From contig JBMYXX010000002.1 of assembly GCA_049608805.1 (NCBI GenBank), positions 1-45,062 of the forward strand: 45,062 bases of DNA, read 5' to 3'. The notes beneath the pieces are model-generated. The model was not told the DNA's origin. It made no database searches and worked only from the letters and a program-made list of their open reading frames with translations. Numbering within the stretch: position 1 is the first letter of the stretch; each line of letters starts with the position of its first letter. Both the position numbers and the translations under genes were made by a program. Of the stretch, positions 18,285-26,749 are shown one piece after another. The stretch is from Flavobacteriales bacterium. Lineage in GTDB: Bacteria > Bacteroidota > Bacteroidia > UBA10329.

Positions 18285-18794
18285 TTATTTGTCGGCACCT
18301 TCTTCTGGCAAAAAGCTTTCCAAGTCTCTATCAAAAAGATAAAGTCCGCCTTTGTCATCGCCAATCAAATCTAGCTTGTCTATTAGCGTTTGTGCAAGAC
18401 TTTCTTCTTCCAATTGCTCTGCAACGTACCACTGCAAAAAGTTGTGGGTAGAGTAGTCTTTAAGCTTCAAACAAGCATCAACCAAGTCGTTTATTTCCTT
18501 AGTCACAATCTGCTCGTGCTGTAGAATTTTATCAAAGATTTCTTTGATGCCTTTGTATTCTTTTGGCGGAGCGCCAATAGTAGGAACAAGAGCGTAACCG
18601 CCTCTATCGTTAATGAAATGGAAAAGCTTAAGCATGTGCCCGCGCTCTTCTTCGGCATGGCCGTATAGGAAAGTGCTTACTCCATTAAAACCGTTCTTTT
18701 CGGCCCAAGAAGCCATTGAAAGGTAATATTGAGACGATTCGAACTCAAGTTCTATTTGGTGGTTAAGCAGTTTTTCAATTTTCTTATCAATCAT
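18285..18794 (-). CDS. ftnA: non-heme ferritin
   Basis: 169 aa. 'LNHQIELEFESSQYYLSMASW...HAEEERGHMLK...LQHEQ' carries the ferroxidase-centre Glu/His ligands. Confidence 0.9.
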   Translation of the reverse strand: MIDKKIEKLLNHQIELEFESSQYYLSMASWAEKNGFNGVSTFLYGHAEEERGHMLKLFHFINDRGGYALVPTIGAPPKEYKGIKEIFDKILQHEQIVTKEINDLVDACLKLKDYSTHNFLQWYVAEQLEEESLAQTLIDKLDLIGDDKGGLYLFDRDLESFLPEEGADK

Positions 18795-19007
18795 AACGTA
18801 GCAATTTGTAGGTGGCCAAAGGTAAAATCCTTGTTCCGATAAGAAAAATGCAAATTAGTTTACGGTCTTGATGAGTAAGAAATACTCAATGATTCAAGTT
18901 AAGTTAAGCTGAAAACCAATTTTGAACGAGTAAGATTTTTCTGCAATCGTCATCGCTAGACCGTTACCCTGTGCCATATTTGTATCGTTAAACTAAAACT
19001 AAACGCC

Positions 19008-21545
19008 ATGAAAATGTTTAAAACACTCTTTTTATTACTGCTAACGACCGGTGCAGTTTTAGCCCAACCCAATCCAGACGATTTATTTATTAACGGAACA
19101 GTATCCGATGCAAATGGAACTCCCCAAGCTGGAGTAATTGTTTGTGTAGATGGAGTTAACTCTCCCATTTTTCCTTTAGACTCTCTTTGTGCATTAACCG
19201 ATGCTAACGGTTACTACTATTTAGAGATTCCGAATGGCTCAACTGCTGGACCAAACATGGAATTTATACTTAGTATGGACGACCCATGTCCAAATACGCC
19301 AGGGTATCAAACAGCTACAGTTTCTAATGAACAAGGAACTGTTGATGTAGTAGATTTAGACTGGACATCTTGCGCTTCGAGTTCTGCCAACTGCGATGTT
19401 TCAATTACAGCATCTAATGATAGTTTAAACGGCACTTGGACATTTGTTGCAAGCCCAACTGGAACAGCACCGTTTGCCTACGATTGGTGGGTAGATGGTT
19501 CTAGTTATTCTACACAAACGGTAAACCATACGTTTAACGGAGGTACAGTAGGAGTTTCTGTTTCTGTTACGGATGCTAATGGTTGTGTTTCTAATGATGC
19601 TGACACGCTTTTCTTAGGTGGCGGTAACAACGGCTGTGGAGTACAAATTGGTTCGCAGTTAAGCCCTAACGGAGGCGAAGTACTTACTGCTTACGCTGGT
19701 GGAACCGCTCCGTTTACCTATTCATGGAGTAATGGGAGTACAGCGGCTGAGATAACCGTTTTAGATGCAGGAATATACTGTGTAACCATTGCTGACGCGA
19801 ACGGCTGCCAAACGGATGCTTGCTATACGGTGGTTAGTCAGCCAGCTTGTGAGGTTGACATTACCGTTATGGAAGATTCTATACAAGGAGCGTTGGTTTA
19901 TACACTAACTGCAAATCCAAACGGAGGATCAGCGCCTTATTCTTTCTTGTGGTCAGATAACCAAACTACCCAGTCAATATCTGTATCTAATGTTAGTCCA
20001 AACGGAGAGGTTTTCTGTGTAACAACAACAGATGCATCTGGATGTACTGCTACTGCTTGCGATACTTTGCTTCCTCCAAACGTTGGCGGTTGCTATGCTG
20101 ATTTCACTTACAATGCAGGGCCAAACGGAGTGCTTTACGCAATCGATACAGTTGGTCTGTTTTACAACGGAAGTGTGGATGCGAGTAACTCATATGCATG
20201 GACCTTATCGCTCATGAACTTTAGTTATTCATCATCTGACATGAACCCAGAATTTGTAGTTCCTCCAACGCTAGTTCCTATTACTGGAGTTGATGTTCAG
20301 GTTTGCGTAACTGTAACCAATGGAGCAACAGGTTGTACCGATACTTACTGCGAGTGGGTAACTGTTGTTGGTGATAACAGTCCATCTAATTGTGATGCCT
20401 CTTTCACTAACTCTGGATTAACACCAATTGGATATACATTCTCAGCCAACGTTCAAAGCCCTTCAAATAGCTATTTCTGGGAAATTGACGGTGTATATGT
20501 TGGTGATGGTTATGAAGCGTACTCACCGGGATTCGTAGATGGAACGCATACAATCTGCTTAACGTTGTACGATTCGTTGGAAGACTGTTCTGACATGCAA
20601 TGTCAAACAATTGTTGTTGGCAACCCTAATAATTGTCAAGGTTATGTTTCTGGAGCGGTTTACGCTGGGTCTCAGAACCAACCGTTAGATGAAGGCGTGG
20701 TTTACCTTATTCAGTACGATAGCGCTACAAACGCACTTGCTCTTGTTGATAGCATGGTACTAGATTCTGGTAACTGGTATTTCTTTGGCCCATTAGATTG
20801 TGGGGATTACCTAGTGAAAGCAGCGGCAACATCAGGTAGTCAATACTACGCTGGTCATATCCCAACGTATTTCGGAAACTCGCCTTTCTGGGGATTTGCA
20901 CAGGCCGTAACTGCAGATAATTCGCAGGTTAGTGCCGATGTAACACTTATTGCAGCTAACAACCCTGGCGGACCAGGTTTTATTGGCGGAGATGTTACTG
21001 AGGGAGCAAACAAAACTGATCCGGGAGATGGCGTTGCAGGAATGCAGGTTATGATTTTTAACCTAAATGGAGATGCAATTGCTTACGCTTACACCGATGC
21101 AAACGGAGCGTTTGGATTCTCTGATTTAGCTTACGGTACGTACCAAGTATATGTTGAGGCGCTAGGCGTTCAAACTATCCCTGCTGTTGTTACAATTAGC
21201 CCTGATAATTCTTCTGAAGAGAACGTTCACATTTTCACATCAGAGAGTTTAATCTCAACCGGAATTGAAGAATTTGATTTCGAAGGAGCAATCAGCGATG
21301 TTTATCCTAATCCAGTTGTGGGTCAAGCAACAATCAAGTTAAATCTTGATGCCGCACTTATGATTAACGTTTCTGTACTTGACTTAACAGGAAGAACAAT
21401 GTCTTCTCAAACAGTTTCTGTAACCGGAGGCGAGAATACAATTAGAGTTAATGCAGATGAGTTGAAAAACGGATACTATTTCCTAAATATTCAGGATGTA
21501 GATGCAAACTTCAGCGTAACACGAAAGTTTATGAGAATCGATTGA
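19008..21545 (+). CDS. large Cys-rich cell-surface protein with SprB-type repeats and T9SS type A sorting domain
   Basis: Signal peptide, then repeated modules such as 'GTAPFTYSWSNGSTAAEITVLDAGIYCVTIADANGCQTDACYTV' and 'SAPYSFLWSDNQTT...VFCVTTTDASGCTATACDTL' (SprB repeat pattern). There is also a Cna-B/CarboxypepD-like unit ('GMQVMIFNLNGDAIAYAYTDANGAFGFSDLAYGTYQVYV'). The C-terminus 'VYPNPVVGQATIKLN...LDLTGR...LKNGYYFLNI' is the sorting domain. Confidence 0.75.
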   Translation: MKMFKTLFLLLLTTGAVLAQPNPDDLFINGTVSDANGTPQAGVIVCVDGVNSPIFPLDSLCALTDANGYYYLEIPNGSTAGPNMEFILSMDDPCPNTPGYQTATVSNEQGTVDVVDLDWTSCASSSANCDVSITASNDSLNGTWTFVASPTGTAPFAYDWWVDGSSYSTQTVNHTFNGGTVGVSVSVTDANGCVSNDADTLFLGGGNNGCGVQIGSQLSPNGGEVLTAYAGGTAPFTYSWSNGSTAAEITVLDAGIYCVTIADANGCQTDACYTVVSQPACEVDITVMEDSIQGALVYTLTANPNGGSAPYSFLWSDNQTTQSISVSNVSPNGEVFCVTTTDASGCTATACDTLLPPNVGGCYADFTYNAGPNGVLYAIDTVGLFYNGSVDASNSYAWTLSLMNFSYSSSDMNPEFVVPPTLVPITGVDVQVCVTVTNGATGCTDTYCEWVTVVGDNSPSNCDASFTNSGLTPIGYTFSANVQSPSNSYFWEIDGVYVGDGYEAYSPGFVDGTHTICLTLYDSLEDCSDMQCQTIVVGNPNNCQGYVSGAVYAGSQNQPLDEGVVYLIQYDSATNALALVDSMVLDSGNWYFFGPLDCGDYLVKAAATSGSQYYAGHIPTYFGNSPFWGFAQAVTADNSQVSADVTLIAANNPGGPGFIGGDVTEGANKTDPGDGVAGMQVMIFNLNGDAIAYAYTDANGAFGFSDLAYGTYQVYVEALGVQTIPAVVTISPDNSSEENVHIFTSESLISTGIEEFDFEGAISDVYPNPVVGQATIKLNLDAALMINVSVLDLTGRTMSSQTVSVTGGENTIRVNADELKNGYYFLNIQDVDANFSVTRKFMRID

Positions 21546-21573
21546 TGGGTTTCGGTTCTTATTCGGTCGGAGA

Positions 21574-21603
21574 GGGCAGCCAATTGGCTGCCCTTTCTTT
21601 TTG
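21574..21603 (+). terminator. rho-independent terminator
   Basis: Perfect 20-nt palindrome GGGCAGCCAATTGGCTGCCC followed by TTTCTTTTT, 29 nt after the stop at 21545. Confidence 0.75.
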
Positions 21604-21716
21604 TCCAATTTTGGCATCCTCCAGGTGCATCAAAACAATTACATTTGCCGCGCTTTGGGGGATTAGCTTCCCTCGACAAGCTCGGGACAGGCGCTTCGCC
21701 AATCCCAAAACAAATA

Positions 21717-21791
<75 letters not shown>

Positions 21792-21796
21792 CCCAA

Positions 21797-21836
21797 CCGG
21801 ATACTTCCAATTTTTCAGGGAGTATCCGGTTTTTTG
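21797..21836 (+). terminator. hairpin plus T-tract after tRNA-Ala
   Basis: CCGGATACT / AGTATCCGG forms a 9-bp stem with a 15-nt loop, followed by TTTTTTGTTTT. Confidence 0.6.
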
Positions 21837-21939
21837 TTTTGCTGAAACCCTTATCAATCATTGCAGGAATTCATTGAGTCAGTGAAATTCATTTTTCACT
21901 AAAAAGTAAACCTTTCTCCCTCTGGCTTGTTAGCCGAAA

Positions 21940-23241
21940 GTGTGTAAAGAAGGAGTAAGCATATTCTGGTTTAGGCGTGATTTACGGCTGAAAGATAATG
22001 CGGGTTTATACCATGCACTTCGTTCCGGAAACCCGGTTTTACCCGTTTTTGTTTTTGATGAAACGATACTCTCTAAGCTTGAGGATAAATGCGATAAACG
22101 AGTAGATTTTATTCATCGAGCGCTCAGGGAACTGACATCTGATCTGCAAGATTTAGGTTCAGGTTTGGTTGTTTTTCACGGAACACCTTTAGAAGCGTAC
22201 AGGAGTCTGATTGCTGAATATTCTGTTAAATCCGTTTTTGCCAATCACGATTATGAGCCTAATGCTCAAAGACGTGATACAGAGATTTCCGAACTGTTAG
22301 CCGATAATGGAGCAGTCTTTAAAACCTTTAAAGATCAGTGCATTTTTGAAAAAGGCGAGATTCTGAAAGACGATGGGAAACCATACTCGGTTTATACACC
22401 CTACTCCAAAAAGTGGAAAGCGAAACTGAATGCGTTTTATTTAAAATCTTATCCAACCGAAAAGTATTTCAGCAACTTCTTGCAGTTCCATTCAAAACAT
22501 TTCCCGACTCTTAGGGAGATTGGATTTGAGAAGACTGAGGTTGAAATTCCTTCCTCGAAAACGGAGTTAAGCATCATTAAGAATTACCATCAAACAAGAG
22601 ACATTCCTAGTATCGAAGGCACGTCTAAAATGAGTGTTCATCTGCGTTTCGGAACTGTTAGCGTCAGAGAATTATCTCGCTTGGCGCAAGAGACAAATGA
22701 GAAATACCTGAACGAACTTATTTGGCGAGATTTCTACATGATGATTCTTTGGCATTTTCCCAATACAGAAAAAGCATTTAAGCCGAAGTACGATTTGGTG
22801 GAATGGGAACATAACGAGCAACATTTTGAAGCTTGGTGCAAAGGGGAAACGGGTTATCCGATTGTTGATGCAGGCATGCGACAATTGAATGAAACTGGCT
22901 GGATGCACAATCGAGTTAGGATGATTGTTGCCAGCTTTTTCACCAAACATTTGTTGTTGGATTGGCGGTTGGGAGAGGCGTATTTCGCACAAAAATTAAT
23001 TGACTTCGAATTGTCTAGTAACAATGGTGGTTGGCAGTGGGCGGCTGGTTCAGGTTGCGATGCCGCGCCATATTTCCGCGTTTTCAACCCTTACTTGCAA
23101 ACGGAGAGGTTTGATTCTGATCTGAAGTATATCCGAAAATGGGTGCCAGAATTTCAAGAGCTTACATACCCAAAACCAATTGTTGACCACAAATGGGCGC
23201 GGACCAGAGCTATAGAACGATACAAAAAAGTGTTGAACTAA
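21940..23241 (+). CDS. phr: deoxyribodipyrimidine (CPD) photolyase, class I type
   Basis: 'IFWFRRDLRLKDNAGL' N-terminus and the FAD-binding C-terminus 'TGYPIVDAGMRQLNETGWMHNRVRMIVASFFTKHLLLDWRLGE...NNGGWQWAAGSGCDAAPYFRVFNP'. GTG is the only possible start, because an in-frame TAG lies 9 nt upstream. Confidence 0.9.
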   Translation: MCKEGVSIFWFRRDLRLKDNAGLYHALRSGNPVLPVFVFDETILSKLEDKCDKRVDFIHRALRELTSDLQDLGSGLVVFHGTPLEAYRSLIAEYSVKSVFANHDYEPNAQRRDTEISELLADNGAVFKTFKDQCIFEKGEILKDDGKPYSVYTPYSKKWKAKLNAFYLKSYPTEKYFSNFLQFHSKHFPTLREIGFEKTEVEIPSSKTELSIIKNYHQTRDIPSIEGTSKMSVHLRFGTVSVRELSRLAQETNEKYLNELIWRDFYMMILWHFPNTEKAFKPKYDLVEWEHNEQHFEAWCKGETGYPIVDAGMRQLNETGWMHNRVRMIVASFFTKHLLLDWRLGEAYFAQKLIDFELSSNNGGWQWAAGSGCDAAPYFRVFNPYLQTERFDSDLKYIRKWVPEFQELTYPKPIVDHKWARTRAIERYKKVLN

Positions 23242-23273
23242 GTAGGCGCTTTATCTGAGTTGCTAACGTTAGA

Positions 23274-23927
23274 CTAATCCTTAGTTGATTTACTCATAGT
23301 CAGCGAGTTTTCCTCCACCCAGCGATTTCCACGCGTGCCTTCTAAGCGTTCCTCTTTAGATTCTCTTTCCTTTAGTGTAACAAATTCCTCGACATACGCT
23401 TGGCAGTAATCGATGGTTCTATTAAACGATTTCCATCGCTTAGATACCACGAAGCCAATGTTTGCTGGCAGGTAATCTACCTCGAGTTTATGTTTTCTAC
23501 CTAAAATTTGAATCATCCCAGATTGGAACAAGTCGGTAGCCACGGCAACTTTCTTAAAGCCTTTTTCTTTGGCAAGTTCTAAAGAATAGAAAACGTTTTC
23601 CAAGCTATGTTCTGCCTGATTTTCTATTATGAGATGTTCCGGGTTTACACCCATTTCTTCCAAGTAAAGGGCAAATATTTTGGCTTCTATAAAAGGAGAG
23701 TGTACCGCGCTACCCGATACAATTATGTGTTTGGCAACTCCTCGCTCGTACAATTCATGCGCCCAATGCAGGCGCATCTTATATATCACGTTCAGTTTAC
23801 CATTTGGGTCAAACGGATATCCAGGAACAATTATGGCGTCATACGTTTCGGTTGTTTTCTCTTTTGCTGAGCTAGTCGAAATACCCAAGATTAGAAGGCT
23901 GAGGAATAGTATAAATGCGTTTTTCAT
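23274..23927 (-). CDS. DUF218 / YdcF-family protein (paralogue 1)
   Basis: Signal peptide followed by 'YDAIIVPGYPFDPNGKLNVIYKMRLHWAHELYERGVAKHIIVSGSAVHSPFIEAKIFALYLEEMGV...ENQAEHSLEN'. 'GG/SG..V......EA..m' is the DUF218 core. Confidence 0.7.
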   Translation of the reverse strand: MKNAFILFLSLLILGISTSSAKEKTTETYDAIIVPGYPFDPNGKLNVIYKMRLHWAHELYERGVAKHIIVSGSAVHSPFIEAKIFALYLEEMGVNPEHLIIENQAEHSLENVFYSLELAKEKGFKKVAVATDLFQSGMIQILGRKHKLEVDYLPANIGFVVSKRWKSFNRTIDYCQAYVEEFVTLKERESKEERLEGTRGNRWVEENSLTMSKSTKD

Positions 23928-24044
23928 AATAATTGATTTATGGTTGTTTGATGTGTTAACAGCACGAAATCATAAAATGTTTAATAAAAGAGATAAAAGA
24001 TTAAACAAAATGAAATAAGAGTGGTTTGGTAGAAAAACTAAATC

Positions 24045-25007
24045 ATGAAAAAGACTATTCTAACTCTACTCGCTACCGTAATTCTAGTGCCCTTAGCGGC
24101 ATTGTTTTTCGACAGCTCAATCTCTGATCGTCAACTGGAAATCCTTAAGGTTGTTGGCATCGTTTATCTAATAACCGCTAGTCTCAGTTACATCATTAGC
24201 GAGATTTCCAAAAACTACAGCCAGGTAGATAAACTGTGGAGTATCATTCCGCTCGTTTACATCTGGATAATTGCAGGAATGAGCGGTTGGGAACCGCGTG
24301 CCTTACTAATGGCGGCTGTTGCCACTGTTTGGGGAATTAGGCTTACGTACAACTTTAATAGACGTGGTGGTTATTCTTGGCGATTTTGGGAAGGCGAAGA
24401 AGATTACCGTTGGGAGGTTTTAAGAAGAAACCCTGTGCTTAAGAACCCATGGATATGGAGGTTGTTTAATCTCGTTTTCATCAGTTTTTACCAGCATGGT
24501 CTGTTAATGCTCATTACCATTCCAATGCTTGCGGTTGTTGGCTCTACCTCCATTCCTCTGGGCTTGACGGATGCGGTTTTGGCACTTGCTTTTATTGGAT
24601 TAGTGGTTTACGAAACAGTTGCAGATCAACAGCAGTGGGTGTATCAAAATGAGAAACACCGATTAAGAAAGGCCAACTTGCCAATGGCTTCCAAGTATAA
24701 GCGAGGATTTATTGCAGAGGGACTCTGGAAACTGAGTCGACACCCCAATTATTTCGCGGAGCAAAGTATTTGGGTTGTGTTTTATCTCTTTAGCGTTGCC
24801 GCAACCGGAAGCTGGTTTAACTGGGCAATTTGTGGGTCAGTATTACTCATTATGCTCTTTCAAGGAAGTGCAAATTTCAGCGAGGGAATTACAGCTGAAA
24901 AGTATCAAGCATATAAAGATTACCAGAAGCGGGTGCCGAAGTTCTTACCGCTTATCACGCTAGCACTGCCTACTGGTAGCAAATCGATGGCCGAGGCTAA
25001 ACACTAA
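24045..25007 (+). CDS. DUF1295 family membrane protein (steroid-5-alpha-reductase/ICMT-like fold)
   Basis: Polytopic membrane protein with 'GLWKLSRHPNYFAEQSIW' (the conserved RHPNYFGE-type motif). Confidence 0.75.
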   Translation: MKKTILTLLATVILVPLAALFFDSSISDRQLEILKVVGIVYLITASLSYIISEISKNYSQVDKLWSIIPLVYIWIIAGMSGWEPRALLMAAVATVWGIRLTYNFNRRGGYSWRFWEGEEDYRWEVLRRNPVLKNPWIWRLFNLVFISFYQHGLLMLITIPMLAVVGSTSIPLGLTDAVLALAFIGLVVYETVADQQQWVYQNEKHRLRKANLPMASKYKRGFIAEGLWKLSRHPNYFAEQSIWVVFYLFSVAATGSWFNWAICGSVLLIMLFQGSANFSEGITAEKYQAYKDYQKRVPKFLPLITLALPTGSKSMAEAKH

Positions 25008-25011
25008 CAAG

Positions 25012-25749
25012 ATGATTAGCGCTAAGATTTACGGTCTTTATCTCTTCGCTTTTTGTGTTGCCAGTGGCCTACATGCTTCAGCGCAACAGCAACTCGTAAA
25101 CGGTAGTTTCGACCAATGGGAAAATTCTGGTAAGTGGCTAGAACCCGTTGGTTGGAACGGCCTGATGAGTGCAGATTTGTGTACGTTCTGTTCTTTTGGT
25201 GCTTCTCAAAGAGTCTTTCGTGATGCAGGAAAAAACCGTGCTAGTGGCTCTTCTATTCGAATTGAATCGACCAGCACCGTTGGTGTTATCGTCAATGGAA
25301 CGGTTACCACAGGTAGGGTTACCGCACCGTCTATTGTGCCATCCGTTGGCTACAACAAAACTGTTCTAGCCGACAAGAATTTTCAGTTGCAGTTTAATCA
25401 GAGGCCAGATAGTTTGGTTTTTTGGGCGAAGTATTCGATTTCAGATAAATCAGACTCCGCCTTGGTTTCGTTTCTTCTACATGATGAGTTTGAACAAACA
25501 GACCCGCCAAGTGAAAAAACGGCCAGTCTTTCAGCGGGAATTGCTCGAATGATTTTCCAAACTAATTCGCAATGGCAAAGAATTTCAGTTCCATTTATCT
25601 ACTCTGCTAATGGCGAATCTCCAAAATATTTGCTGGCAACTTTTTCATCTAGTTTTATAGCTGGTAAGGGAAACTCAAAGTCCAAATTGTGGATTGATGA
25701 TGTTGAATTGATTTACAATCAATCGGAACAAGCTTTTTACGCCAATTAA
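25012..25749 (+). CDS. secreted hypothetical protein, possibly PCMD-like beta-sandwich
   Basis: Signal peptide. 'LVNGSFDQWEN...PVGWN', 'RPDSLVFWAKY' and C-terminal 'LWIDDVELIY' resemble PCMD (putative carbohydrate metabolism) domain landmarks. It starts 4 nt after the upstream gene. Confidence 0.45.
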   Translation: MISAKIYGLYLFAFCVASGLHASAQQQLVNGSFDQWENSGKWLEPVGWNGLMSADLCTFCSFGASQRVFRDAGKNRASGSSIRIESTSTVGVIVNGTVTTGRVTAPSIVPSVGYNKTVLADKNFQLQFNQRPDSLVFWAKYSISDKSDSALVSFLLHDEFEQTDPPSEKTASLSAGIARMIFQTNSQWQRISVPFIYSANGESPKYLLATFSSSFIAGKGNSKSKLWIDDVELIYNQSEQAFYAN

Positions 25750-25779
25750 ACTCAGTTTCCGCAACCAAAATTTTAAAGA

Positions 25780-26553
25780 ATGAACCTAGAAACCCTGTAC
25801 ATCAGCGCAGCCATCATATTCGTGTTTATGAATATCATGTTCTTGATTGCTCAATTCATTAAGGATAACTCGATTGTGGATATTGGCTGGGGACTCGGCT
25901 TCCTGTCTGTCAATATTGGTTTGATGATTTTGACTGGTAAGCAATCGGCTGTCCACATTGCGTTTGTAATTATGATAGCCCTGTGGGCGATAAGATTGGC
26001 CGGATACATATTTAAGCGGAACCGAGGCACGGGAGAAGATTATAGATATGCCGCCTGGAGAAAGGAATGGGGCAAGAACGTAGTTTGGCGTGCTTACTTG
26101 CAGGTTTTCATGTTGCAAGGCGTCATTATGTGGATTGTGCTATCGCCAGCCTATGTAGTTTTTTCAGGTTCTGGAGAGGGTTTTCAAATCGCGCATTATG
26201 TGGGGTTCTTTCTGTGGTTGATAGGCTTTTACTTCGAAGCGGTTGGAGATGCGCAAATGATGCGATTTAAAGCCAATCCAAGCAACAAGGGCAAGGTGAT
26301 GAATCAAGGTTTGTGGAAATATACTCGTCATCCAAATTATTTTGGCGAAGCACTTCTGTGGTTCGGATTCGGAGTTTTCTCATTAAGTGCAGACTTATGG
26401 TGGCTTTCGTTGATAGGCCCTGCCGTTATTACATTTTTTCTACTTAAGGTTAGTGGTGTTGCCATGCTAGAACGCAAATACGATGGCAATTCGAAGTATG
26501 CCGAATACAAGCGTACTACCAACGCATTCTTGCCTTGGTTTCCTAAGGAATAA
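25780..26553 (+). CDS. DUF1295 family membrane protein (second copy)
   Basis: Carries 'GLWKYTRHPNYFGEALLWFG', 'GEDYRYAAWRKEWG' and multiple TM helices. Confidence 0.8.
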   Translation: MNLETLYISAAIIFVFMNIMFLIAQFIKDNSIVDIGWGLGFLSVNIGLMILTGKQSAVHIAFVIMIALWAIRLAGYIFKRNRGTGEDYRYAAWRKEWGKNVVWRAYLQVFMLQGVIMWIVLSPAYVVFSGSGEGFQIAHYVGFFLWLIGFYFEAVGDAQMMRFKANPSNKGKVMNQGLWKYTRHPNYFGEALLWFGFGVFSLSADLWWLSLIGPAVITFFLLKVSGVAMLERKYDGNSKYAEYKRTTNAFLPWFPKE

Positions 26554-26578
26554 TTACCGGTTTTTCTTGAAGAAATAT

Positions 26579-26610
26579 GATGCCGCTTACAACCATAAGC
26601 GGCATTTTTT
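26579..26610 (+). terminator. rho-independent terminator
   Basis: ATGCCGCTTA / TAAGCGGCAT forms a perfect 10-bp stem with a 6-nt loop, then TTTTTT. Confidence 0.8.
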
Positions 26611-26749
26611 ATATCCAAATGCAAAATTATTTTGATGTTTTTATTGCTGAAAATCAATAAGTTAAGCTTTAATGTTTAATAAATATTAAAAAAGATTAAA
26701 CAATAATTGATTGCTCTGGTTTATACATCAAATCGATAAACTCAATACA

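Noticed and set aside
18795-19007. Fur box in the ferritin / surface-protein divergent spacer.
   Set aside because: The best candidate (GAAATACTCAATGATTCAA) matches only about half of the classical 19-bp Fur consensus, which is not enough to report.
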